A stretch of DNA of 52,872 bases from an uncultured Smithella sp. (GTDB taxonomy: Bacteria; Desulfobacterota; Syntrophia; Syntrophales; Smithellaceae): positions 1 to 52,872 of the forward strand of contig CAYZLL010000003.1 in NCBI GenBank assembly GCA_964479225.1, in the 5' to 3' direction. The notes below the pieces were generated by a model that worked only from the letters and a program-made list of their open reading frames with translations, had not been told where the DNA came from and ran no database searches. Each line of letters starts with the position of its first letter. The first letter of the stretch is position 1. This document shows positions 1 to 8,617 of this stretch, piece after piece. Made by a program: the position numbers and the translations under genes.

Positions 1-315
1 AAGAAGATACTGGAGAGAGGCTGGCGCGTCCGTGAGATTCTCAAACAGGGACAGTACAAGCCGATGCGGGCATCCGAACAGATTGCCTCGCTGCTGTCGG
101 TGACAGGAGGGGCACTGGATAAAGTGCCAACGGAAAAAATCCGGGAAGCGGAAACGCGCCTGTTGGAATCCGTGAATCAGCAGTTGCCGGAACTTTGCGA
201 ACGCATCGAGGCAGGTAAAAAACTGGAGATGTCCGATCGCGATCATATCCTGGAAAAAATCCAACCGGCTGTTGCGCCGTTTGAAGAGATCGAGGAAGCC
301 AATGCAAACAACTGA
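1..315 (+). CDS. atpA: F-type/N-type ATPase alpha subunit, C-terminal fragment (5' end lies outside the window)
   Basis: Frame 1 is open from nt 1. The translation KKILERGWRVREILKQGQYKPMRASEQIASLLSVTGGALDKVPTEKIREAETRLL matches the conserved C-terminal helical domain of ATPase alpha (E. coli LERGQRLVELLKQPQYSPL...). The gamma gene overlaps its end. Confidence 0.8.
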   Translation, partial: KKILERGWRVREILKQGQYKPMRASEQIASLLSVTGGALDKVPTEKIREAETRLLESVNQQLPELCERIEAGKKLEMSDRDHILEKIQPAVAPFEEIEEANANN

Positions 316-1180
316 ATCTCTGAAAAGGAGAATTAAAAGCGCGGGAGATCTTTTATCGGTGGTTAAGACGATGAAAGCTCTGGCTGCCGTGAGCATCCGT
401 CAGTATCAAAAGGCCGTGGAGTCTCTGGACGACTACAACCGGACCGTGGAGATGGGACTGCAAATTGTGCTCAAGGAACACATGGGCGCGACGACGCAGC
501 GTAAGGGCGGGGAAATCAAGCGTCTCGGAGCAATCGTTTTCGGTTCCGATCAGGGACTGTGCGGTCAGCTCAATGAGCAGATTTCCGTTTTCGCTCTGGA
601 CGCCATCAATGAGGCCGGCGTGATCAAGGAAAATCGTAAAGTGCTGGCAGTGGGCGCGCGCGTGGCGGATTATGTGGAAGATGCCGGACAGCCGGTCGAT
701 GAGTTGATGTCCACACCAAGTTCGACGGCGGGAATAACGCCACTGGTGCAGGAAATCATCATGATTATCGAGGAATGGCATTTTCGTCAGAATGTGGATC
801 ATTTTATGCTGTTTTACAACGATTATGTCAGCGGTTCGAATTATCATCCCTATAAGGTTCAATTACTGCCTGTCAGTCGGGATTGGCTCAAAGAAATTGC
901 CCGTAAAAAATGGGATTCCAAATCCCTGCCCATTTTCCGGATGGATTGTAATAAGATTTTTTCATCGCTCATCAGAGAGTATCTTTTTGTTTCGCTGTAC
1001 CGCGCGTTTGCCGAATCGCTGGCCAGTGAGAACGCCAGTCGTCTGGCTTCCATGCAGAACGCGGAAAAGAATATTGAAGAGCAAATGCTGGATCTCCACG
1101 TGCAGTTTCATCGCACGCGTCAGATGACCATTACCGAGGAACTATTGGATATTGTTGCCGGATTTGAGGCATTAAGTTAA
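302..1180 (+). CDS. atpG: ATPase gamma subunit
   Basis: The ATG at 302 is in the 272..1180 ORF and overlaps the atpA end by 14 nt. The N-terminus LKRRIKSAGDLLSVVKTMKALAAVSIRQYQKA and the C-terminus RQMTITEELLDIVAGFEAL are the conserved coiled-coil termini of F1 gamma. Confidence 0.85.
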   Translation: MQTTESLKRRIKSAGDLLSVVKTMKALAAVSIRQYQKAVESLDDYNRTVEMGLQIVLKEHMGATTQRKGGEIKRLGAIVFGSDQGLCGQLNEQISVFALDAINEAGVIKENRKVLAVGARVADYVEDAGQPVDELMSTPSSTAGITPLVQEIIMIIEEWHFRQNVDHFMLFYNDYVSGSNYHPYKVQLLPVSRDWLKEIARKKWDSKSLPIFRMDCNKIFSSLIREYLFVSLYRAFAESLASENASRLASMQNAEKNIEEQMLDLHVQFHRTRQMTITEELLDIVAGFEALS

Positions 1181-1212
1181 CAAATGAACAGCGATTATCA
1201 ACAAGAAAGAAG

Positions 1213-2091
1213 GTGATCATCATGGCAGCCGAAATGAACATTTGCGGTATTTGCGCTTGGCGCAGGGAGTGTCAGAAAAGATTCAAACTGGACAAAGATT
1301 CTCTGGTGGGCAGTCATTGCCCTGATTACACGAGGGATCTGACCATCAAACCGGTCGCCACCAAGGACAATGAAGATGAGAAAGTGATCATGGACAGGAT
1401 GGTTCAGTCGCAGGTTGCCAAATGGCGCAAACTGTTTGACCAGGCCATGAGACAGGGGCTCAAGATTGAAAATTTCAAGGGCGGACCCGTCATTACCGTC
1501 TCCAGAGAAGCGGGAGCGGGCGGAAGCGACATTGCCCGAAGACTGGCGAAAGCACTGAATATGGATCTGATCGGCGGACAGATCATTCAGCACGTTGCGG
1601 ACAGTGCCAAGATGAGCAGAAAAGTCATTGAAACGCTTGACGAACGGGAAGTGACCTTTCGGGAAACACTGCTTTCTTCTATGTTCGGAGAAAATCGTCC
1701 ATGGCCCGGAGAATATCTGAATCATCTGACACGGGTGATCGGCTCTATCGGTATTTTCGGTAACGTCGTACTTGTCGGCAGAGGCGCCAACTTTGTTTTG
1801 CCGCAAAACAGAACATTCAGGGTCAGAATCATCGCTCCGATGGAATCAAGAATCAGGTACTTTATGGAAGACCGGGGCTACACCAGAGCGGAAGCGGAAC
1901 AGTATATTGTGAAGAGAGATACGAATCGAAAAGCATTCGTCCGAAAATATTTCAACGCTGACATCGCTGATATGCAATACTACGACCTGATCATCAATAC
2001 GGAAAAGATATCCATGGCACAAGCAACCGAATCCATTATTGTGGCCTTTAACCAGAGAAGGAAAAGAAAGAGAGCTGAAGAAAAAGCGTAA
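1213..2091 (+). CDS. Cytidylate-kinase-like (AAA_28/Cytidylate_kin2) family protein with an N-terminal Cys motif
   Basis: ITVSREAGAGGSDIARRLAKALNMDLI is the P-loop-like opening of the cytidylate-kinase-like family. The N-terminus carries CGIC-x6-C ... HC. The exact start (1213 or 1222) is uncertain. Confidence 0.6.
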   Translation: MIIMAAEMNICGICAWRRECQKRFKLDKDSLVGSHCPDYTRDLTIKPVATKDNEDEKVIMDRMVQSQVAKWRKLFDQAMRQGLKIENFKGGPVITVSREAGAGGSDIARRLAKALNMDLIGGQIIQHVADSAKMSRKVIETLDEREVTFRETLLSSMFGENRPWPGEYLNHLTRVIGSIGIFGNVVLVGRGANFVLPQNRTFRVRIIAPMESRIRYFMEDRGYTRAEAEQYIVKRDTNRKAFVRKYFNADIADMQYYDLIINTEKISMAQATESIIVAFNQRRKRKRAEEKA

Positions 2092-2530
2092 AAAATAAAA
2101 ACGTCCGTTTTTTGAACAAGGCATCATTCTGATAAGCCGGGGAATCAATTTCCCCGTATCGCAGAGGAATCTTGTTTTGCTGTGCGGAGTTTTCCTGTCT
2201 TGATGGGCCGCTGGTACCTTGAATGGTTTTCAGTCACAATGATCCCATCACGGTGATGATTAAACTTACCATCAAAGGTTCGAACGCCATCATCGTGTGC
2301 CACGACATGAGCGTGGCATTCTTCTTATCCCCGGTCTTTTCTGCGATATCTGTACAATTTTCAATATGGTGTTTTTGTGTCCCGCTGTGAGTCTATTCCA
2401 TGTGTGTTTGTTCTGCAAATACAGCATTGTTCGTTGGCCTGTCCGTAAATCATCTAATACGCTTGTAAGTGGTTTTATTTTATAATACAATAAGAAAAAA
2501 TTATATTTTATTGCCCATAAGGAGGCAGTC

Positions 2531-3007
2531 ATGGAAAACAAAAAATTGGCAAAACAAATGGTTCATTTCCACAAAACATCCTTCCAAAACAGTTTTTCAA
2601 CAATGGAAATGTTGCGAAACCAGGCGGAAAAATTTCTGCAGGTCATGATCGATCATACTCCCGGAATCGGCACGGATGGCAAACAAGTTTTGGAACAGTG
2701 GGGGAATACGTATAAGAATACGATGGATGATTTACAGAAAATTATGGATGACGGATACGACCGGCTTGAGGTGTTTTTGGAGAACAATACGGTATTTGCG
2801 CAGGACAGATACGACAAGATGATTAATCCGTTTTTAAATCAGCAGAACTGGTTACCGGTGGATCTGAAAGAATCTGTGGAAGAAGTGACGGATTCCAACA
2901 AGAGTGACGCCCATAAAATCCAAAAACAAGCTGACAAAAACGTCAAGCCTGTAAAAAATCTTTCTCCTGTTAAAAGATTGAACATAAAGCACAAGAAAAA
3001 GAAGTAA
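2531..3007 (+). CDS. Hypothetical helical protein (phasin-like), Lys-rich C-terminal tail
   Basis: A GGAGG sits 6 nt upstream of the ATG at 2531. The sequence is a clean 158-aa ORF with helical character and no motif I can name with certainty. Confidence 0.45.
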   Translation: MENKKLAKQMVHFHKTSFQNSFSTMEMLRNQAEKFLQVMIDHTPGIGTDGKQVLEQWGNTYKNTMDDLQKIMDDGYDRLEVFLENNTVFAQDRYDKMINPFLNQQNWLPVDLKESVEEVTDSNKSDAHKIQKQADKNVKPVKNLSPVKRLNIKHKKKK

Positions 3008-3084
3008 AGATGATAACCATAGATTTCATTACGCTATAAACCTTAATGGTATTGGAATTATACAATTTGAAGGGGGCTGGAAAA

Positions 3085-5040
3085 ATGTTGATCAACGATA
3101 TTAAGGTTGGTGTCAAGCTGGTTGGGAGTATTGCGCTGGTTTGTCTATTATCGGCGGCTGTGATCCTGTATGGCGCAAAGTTGAGAAACAACTCACTGCA
3201 TCAGGTTGATTCGGTGCATCGCCAGTATGAAGCGGATATTAAAGATACGGCAGCGATAAAGGCAAGCCTTGAAAAAATGCGCGGAGACATCTATCGATAT
3301 GTGTCAACACCATCCGACCGTCAGAAATTGTCCCGGAATTTAAATGAAATGATGAATTCAATTGCCGGTTCCATGAAGGCATATAAAGATAGAAATGTGG
3401 GTGACAAGGTTCAAAAGATCATTGCTGAATTTGATGGTGCATGGGCTGAGCTGCAACGGGGTTATCAGGCAGTTATGAGAGCGGCCGACAAAGGAGACGG
3501 CGATGAGGTAAACCGCCTGCTGGATGCCGGTAACACCGTGGTTGCTTCGCAGACGAAAACCTCTGCCGCCGTGAATAATTTAAATGAATACATCGCAAGC
3601 AGCAATGAGCAAATTATCAAATCAACAACTGAAAAAACCGGAGGCCTGTCGGCAGTTATGCTGATCTTATCCGCTATCGCGATAGCACTGGTCATCGGCT
3701 TAGTCATACTGGTGAGCGCATCGATAACCGGGCCTTTGCAAAAAGGAGTGCTGATGATGAAAGCGTTGGAAAAAGGCCATCTTTCCAATCGACTGAATAT
3801 GTCCAGAAAGGATGAAATAGGAAATCTGGCACAGGCGATGGATCAGTTCGCCAATCACCTTCAGCAAAATGTTGTGTTCAATATGCAGCAGATTTCGGAG
3901 GGCAATATCAACATTGATTCCGTTGTGATCGACGACAGAGATGAAATCGGCCCTGCTTTGAAAAAAATAGTGGAAACCGTCAATAACCTGGTCCGTGAAA
4001 TGAATGTTCTTACCGAATCGACAACGGCAGGTCAACTTCATGTGCGCGGTAATGAAGAAGCTTTCAGTGGCGCTTATCAACAAATTGTTCGGGGTGTAAA
4101 TCAGACATTGGATGGAGTTATGGAGCCGATCAATGAAGCAGCGGATGTTCTGGAGAAAATCGCCGGCAGGGATATGACTGCGCGTATGCGGGGTGACTAT
4201 AAAGGCGACCATGCCAAAATCAAGGAATCTCTCAATGTGGCCATGGAGAATCTGGACAAGGCCCTGCATCAGGTATTGATTGCGGCAGATCAGGTGGCCT
4301 CGGCCAGTGTGCAAATCAGTTCTGGAGGGCAATCTTTGTCGCAGGGTGCGAGCGAGCAGGCGAGTTCACTGGAAGAAATTTCCGGCAGCCTACAGGAAAT
4401 GTCTTCCATGACCAAGCAAAACGTTATTAACGCCAAGGCGGCCAAGGACGTTTCTGATGAGGCCTGGAACAGCGCGGATAGCGGAGTGGAATGCATGGCC
4501 CGAATGTCCATGGCCATTGAAAAGATCAAGACTTCTTCCGATTCCACGTCCAAAATCGTCAAGACCATCGATGAAATAGCCTTTCAGACCAATCTTCTGG
4601 CTCTGAACGCTGCCGTCGAGGCGGCCAGAGCCGGTGACGCCGGTAAGGGTTTTGCCGTGGTTGCCGAAGAGGTGCGAAATCTGGCCATGCGCAGCGCAGA
4701 GGCGGCCAAGAACACAGCGAGCTTGATTGAGGAAGCGGTTCAGAATTCGGAGAATGGCGTATTAATTAACAGTGAAGTTTTGACAAATTTTCAGGATATT
4801 ACCGAGAAAGTCAATAAGGTCAGCCAGGTCGTGGCAGAGATTGCGGAAGCTTCGGAGCAGCAGGACATCGGAATCAGCCAAGTAAACAAGGCGGTGGAAC
4901 AGATTAATCAGTTGACCCAGCAGAACGCGGCCAATGCCGAGGAATCCGCCAGCGCTGCCGAGGAAATGTCTTCACAGTCCGAAGAAATGCGCAGTATGGT
5001 GGCCGGTTTCAAACTGAGTCGGTCAGGATATCTGACATAA
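3085..5040 (+). CDS. Methyl-accepting chemotaxis protein
   Basis: The ATG at 3085 is preceded by AAGGGGG. Two TM segments flank a ~190-aa periplasmic helical domain, followed by a HAMP region. The invariant signalling hairpin [38 protein letters not shown] is present. Confidence 0.92.
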   Translation: MLINDIKVGVKLVGSIALVCLLSAAVILYGAKLRNNSLHQVDSVHRQYEADIKDTAAIKASLEKMRGDIYRYVSTPSDRQKLSRNLNEMMNSIAGSMKAYKDRNVGDKVQKIIAEFDGAWAELQRGYQAVMRAADKGDGDEVNRLLDAGNTVVASQTKTSAAVNNLNEYIASSNEQIIKSTTEKTGGLSAVMLILSAIAIALVIGLVILVSASITGPLQKGVLMMKALEKGHLSNRLNMSRKDEIGNLAQAMDQFANHLQQNVVFNMQQISEGNINIDSVVIDDRDEIGPALKKIVETVNNLVREMNVLTESTTAGQLHVRGNEEAFSGAYQQIVRGVNQTLDGVMEPINEAADVLEKIAGRDMTARMRGDYKGDHAKIKESLNVAMENLDKALHQVLIAADQVASASVQISSGGQSLSQGASEQASSLEEISGSLQEMSSMTKQNVINAKAAKDVSDEAWNSADSGVECMARMSMAIEKIKTSSDSTSKIVKTIDEIAFQTNLLALNAAVEAARAGDAGKGFAVVAEEVRNLAMRSAEAAKNTASLIEEAVQNSENGVLINSEVLTNFQDITEKVNKVSQVVAEIAEASEQQDIGISQVNKAVEQINQLTQQNAANAEESASAAEEMSSQSEEMRSMVAGFKLSRSGYLT

Positions 5041-5230
5041 TCACATATGGCAGCCTGTCGGAATGTTGTGAACTTTTACATACAGCTCACAATGAAGAGA
5101 TGAATGGCTGAATGCTGTGCTGGTCTGAGCAGGACGGATATTGCCGGGCAGTTCAAGCAAATTCGTTCTATTTAACCAGCATAAAACCGTTGTCACTGAT
5201 AAAGTTCAATCTTTGGCGGAATGTCTGGCG

Positions 5231-5581
5231 TTAAAGTTCTTCTTCTCTCACGATTTCAGTTTTAATCATTGTGATGAGTTCCTGAAAGACCGGAAGCACG
5301 TCCTTGCGGAATCGTCCGGCCACGCAGACATACATAATATCGTCGCCGATATTGAGATGGCCTTCATTAATCCAAGCCCGAATGTCCACAATTCCCTCTT
5401 TCTTTTTAAATTCACGTACGGCATTGGCAAGTTTCTCCTTGTCATAGGAAAGATTCATCGACCCAACCTTGTCGCCTTCTTTTGATGTCGCCCGCACGAT
5501 TCCGTTATGAGAAAGAATCATGCCCAGCATGTCCGCCGGGGCTTCTTTTTTTATTTCTTTTATCCATTGATCAATCATCAT
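5231..5581 (-). CDS. MoaE-like (molybdopterin synthase large-subunit fold) small protein
   Basis: The pattern G-ILSHNGIVR ... V--M-L-Y ... G-L-IGD-IMYVCVAG-FR ... IK-E parallels E. coli MoaE (GAVVTFTGKVR...GELWPGDEIVFVGVTSAHR...LK). I preferred it over the antisense ORF 5141..5485. Confidence 0.5.
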   Translation of the reverse strand: MMIDQWIKEIKKEAPADMLGMILSHNGIVRATSKEGDKVGSMNLSYDKEKLANAVREFKKKEGIVDIRAWINEGHLNIGDDIMYVCVAGRFRKDVLPVFQELITMIKTEIVREEEL

Positions 5582-5615
5582 AGCCTTCCTTTTTGCAAAA
5601 CGTTATCTCTCTTAT

Positions 5616-7784
5616 TTATCTTTCTAAAAATTCCAGGACCTTCTTTTTAACTTCATCCGCTGCTTGACCGCGCAATATTCCATGATGATTGGCATCTACC
5701 CGCAGCAACTGTTTTTCCCGGGAACCAAGCTTGTCAAAAATTTCCTGCCCGCTGACCGCGTCCACGACCGGATCACCGGAAGCCTGGACAACCAGCGCCG
5801 GATCGACCACATTTTTCAGATGATTTTCAACAAATCTCATCAGCGTATCCAGCTCATATGCTCCACGGACGGGATTGCGCAGATAGTTTATTTCCGGATT
5901 CTCCGGTTTATTTTCAATAAACTCCATTTTCAATTTATCCACATGAATTTTTGTCAGCAGCGTATTCCAAGCCACCACAATCGAGGAAAACTTGGAGGTG
6001 ATGTTTTTCAGTTTCATGGGAGCGTTGATGGAAATAACGCCGGCAAACCGACCCGGTTTATTGGCTGCCTGCAAAAGGGCAATGCCGCCGCCCATGGAAA
6101 AGCCGGCTATGGAAAAAGTTTTGACACTGTTCTTCATGATAATGTAAGCGCGGCTGGCCGAATCGTACCATTTCTCCCAATTGCGACTGGCCAGATCTTC
6201 CGGCGCCGTGCCGTGCCCTCTCATGCGCACGCCGTAAACATTATAGCCGTGCTGATGCAGATAATCTGCCAGAGGTCTGATTTCTTCCGGCGCGGCCATG
6301 TAGCCGTGAATAAGAATGATTCCTTTTCGGCTGAAGAAACGCTTCAGAAAAAAAGGTTCGCCGATGTTTTTCGGTTTGCTCTCGGATGGCAAATAATACT
6401 GCTGATAATCCTGCTCAAAAAGATCTTTGTCCAGATTGATGAAAGTTTTTCTTATTTTCCATTTCAGAAAATACGCCGGAATAAATTTCTGCCAATCCAT
6501 GGCTCTGGTCAAATGCTGCAAGGGTTCTACTTCGTTTTTGAGAACTTCGATAATATTGTCTCTGCGGATGGTGTGAAAATCCGTCATCACACTGAAGCGT
6601 TCGCTGTTTTTCGTAATGATCCCGTTTTCTCTTGTAATGTAGTTATTGGCAATCGCTTCTTTGATAAACGTTTCGTATTTTTCATGATAATCATCGGTGA
6701 GCAGATAAAACTGTTTCCGGTAAAGAGCTGTGTGACAATTGGGCATCTTGATTTTTCTCAGATGTTCGAGAGCCAGAAAAATTCGTTTTTTGTAATCGTT
6801 TTCGCTGAAGGTGTCCTGTGCGTAGCTGGCCAGGATATAAGACATAATATGGTCATGATTGACTGTTGTCAGAGCGTATATGGCTTTCATATAATCGGAC
6901 ATCAACCGGACACACACATTCCGGAATGCGGGTATTTTTTTGAAATCCCCGGTATTCAGATACAGATTCCTGTCGGCCATCATTCTCTTCATTTTCCATT
7001 TTGACATCACATACTTTTTTACAGCAATGGGTTCGCCGAAATTAATATCAATATCCACTTTGCCCAGGACAATGGGACCTTCTACTTGTAACTCTTCCTG
7101 CATACGCGTTGAAATATTGTGAAAATATTTTCCGACAAGCGTGCTGAGAACGTTTTCCTGTGCCCGCACGGGATAGTATGTAATGTTTACGGGCACAACA
7201 TATGTTTCTTTGCTGATAATTTTTTCGATATCGCTTATGTCTAAATCAAAACGTGACATCATGTGTGCCATCGCCGTTTGATCACCACGGGATTTCAAAA
7301 TGCGCAATTTTTCACGCAGAAACTCCGTCAGCAGAGCAATCTGTGCCGCTCCGGTATGAGGCGGTCTGCGGATACCGGCATTGTAAACCAGATACTTGCC
7401 CTTCTCGACAATTTTCTTATCCTTAATGATTTGACCTTCGGGAAAAATGACGACCGGATGGCTGTCGGTGAAAAGAGCATGGATACATATTTTATCTCTG
7501 TTGGGATCGGCAATTGAAACAGCACCCACATTATCCATAAATTCTTTCATTCTGCCTTCGAAAAAATATTGAGCAGCCAGTGAAACAGGATACTTTTGGA
7601 TGTGTTTTCTGATGACATAGGGAATCAAACCTGTTTCCAGGCGCGTGAAATGATTCACCACATAGACAACAGGCTGATCGGGTATCTTTTCGATTCCGTG
7701 CAGGCGGATGTCTATCCCCGCTGTTTTGATCAGGGTATCAATCGCCGTCGCAACAACACTTATTAAATCATTTGATACATTCAT
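5616..7784 (-). CDS. Fusion protein: N-terminal PlsC-type acyltransferase, central domain of unknown function, C-terminal alpha/beta hydrolase (lysophospholipase/esterase-like)
   Basis: The N-terminal acyltransferase blocks are VNHFTRLE (HX4D/E) and VIFPEGQ. The C-terminal part has IILIHGYMAAPEE and the nucleophile elbow GFSMGG. The protein is 722 aa. Confidence 0.75.
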   Translation of the reverse strand: MNVSNDLISVVATAIDTLIKTAGIDIRLHGIEKIPDQPVVYVVNHFTRLETGLIPYVIRKHIQKYPVSLAAQYFFEGRMKEFMDNVGAVSIADPNRDKICIHALFTDSHPVVIFPEGQIIKDKKIVEKGKYLVYNAGIRRPPHTGAAQIALLTEFLREKLRILKSRGDQTAMAHMMSRFDLDISDIEKIISKETYVVPVNITYYPVRAQENVLSTLVGKYFHNISTRMQEELQVEGPIVLGKVDIDINFGEPIAVKKYVMSKWKMKRMMADRNLYLNTGDFKKIPAFRNVCVRLMSDYMKAIYALTTVNHDHIMSYILASYAQDTFSENDYKKRIFLALEHLRKIKMPNCHTALYRKQFYLLTDDYHEKYETFIKEAIANNYITRENGIITKNSERFSVMTDFHTIRRDNIIEVLKNEVEPLQHLTRAMDWQKFIPAYFLKWKIRKTFINLDKDLFEQDYQQYYLPSESKPKNIGEPFFLKRFFSRKGIILIHGYMAAPEEIRPLADYLHQHGYNVYGVRMRGHGTAPEDLASRNWEKWYDSASRAYIIMKNSVKTFSIAGFSMGGGIALLQAANKPGRFAGVISINAPMKLKNITSKFSSIVVAWNTLLTKIHVDKLKMEFIENKPENPEINYLRNPVRGAYELDTLMRFVENHLKNVVDPALVVQASGDPVVDAVSGQEIFDKLGSREKQLLRVDANHHGILRGQAADEVKKKVLEFLER

Positions 7785-7789
7785 GGCCT

Positions 7790-8614
7790 TTAGTCTTCGG
7801 TTTTCAGTTTTTTTACATCAGCCAATACTTTTATCAGAACATCCGGTTTGTTGGTAAAAATACCATTTACACCCATAATGATAAATTTTCTCATATTTCT
7901 TACGTCATTGACCGTATAAATATTGACCGGAATGCTGTGCGCTTGAACATCAACCATCCACTTTTTACTTAATTCCGATTTGGAACAGTTAAAAGCATCA
8001 GCGCCCAGAGATTCGATAATATCTGAAGGCATCCGGGAACCGTAAAGTTTCTTTTCAAATAATACGGCAACAGGCGCCGTTTTATCAATCTGTTTTAAAT
8101 GCACGATGGCCCGCGGATCAAAACTGGAAAAAACGACATGCTTTTTCATACCTTTTTTTTCGACTATTTTCAGGCATCTTTCTTCAATCCCGCCGGAAAT
8201 TATTTTGCCAACGGCTTCCGTTTTGATTTCAATGTTTACCGCAATTCTATTTTTGCAGATATCCAGGACCTCAGCCAGTGTCGGAATTCTTGCATTTTTA
8301 AATTTTCCGGAAAACCAGCTTCCGGCATCGAGTTTCTTTAAAACGGCAAGGGTATGATCGGCAATCCTTCCCCGGCCATCAGTGCAGCGCGATATTTTCT
8401 CATCGTGAAAGACAACGACTTCCTTGTCCGAGGTAAGTTGAACATCCAGTTCCACCATATCTGCCCCCATGGCTATGGCGCCCTCAAATGAAGGAATGGT
8501 GTTTTCAGGATAATAAGCCGACGCCCCGCGATGGGCAATAATCGTAAATTCATCATCCTCCCGGACATAATATCGAAACAAGGAATAAGGTTTGCCCATT
8601 TTTCCGGATTCCAT
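7790..8614 (-). CDS. Glycerophosphodiester phosphodiesterase (GDPD family)
   Basis: IIAHRGASAYYPENT and MVELDVQLTSDKEVVVFHD are the GDPD catalytic His/Glu/Asp blocks. The gene starts 3 nt after the upstream kef gene stop. Confidence 0.85.
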   Translation of the reverse strand: MESGKMGKPYSLFRYYVREDDEFTIIAHRGASAYYPENTIPSFEGAIAMGADMVELDVQLTSDKEVVVFHDEKISRCTDGRGRIADHTLAVLKKLDAGSWFSGKFKNARIPTLAEVLDICKNRIAVNIEIKTEAVGKIISGGIEERCLKIVEKKGMKKHVVFSSFDPRAIVHLKQIDKTAPVAVLFEKKLYGSRMPSDIIESLGADAFNCSKSELSKKWMVDVQAHSIPVNIYTVNDVRNMRKFIIMGVNGIFTNKPDVLIKVLADVKKLKTED

Positions 8615-8617
8615 GTC

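Noticed and set aside
2138-2156. The hairpin CGGGGAA-TCAAT-TTCCCCG after the cytidylate-kinase-like gene, considered as a terminator.
   Set aside because: It has a 7-bp stem but no following T-tract, and an A/T-only mini-hairpin lies just upstream. This is too weak to call.
2277-2285. The sequence GGTTCGAAC, which resembles a tRNA T-loop.
   Set aside because: The flanking bases cannot form a T-arm or an acceptor stem, and no cloverleaf is possible.
2092-2530. A 440-bp gap with small ORFs (2290..2541 minus, 2297..2485 plus) and a minus-strand reading frame ...HDDGVRTFDGKFNHHRDGIIVTENH... without an ATG.
   Set aside because: There is no start codon or RBS and no family I recognise. It may be a decayed gene fragment, but it is not supportable as a feature.
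5664-7004. A 446-aa plus-strand ORF inside the acyltransferase/hydrolase gene.
   Set aside because: It is antisense to a gene with clear PlsC and GXSXG motifs. Its translation is low-complexity (Phe/Ile/Gln/His-rich), with no motifs and no RBS, so it is a shadow ORF.
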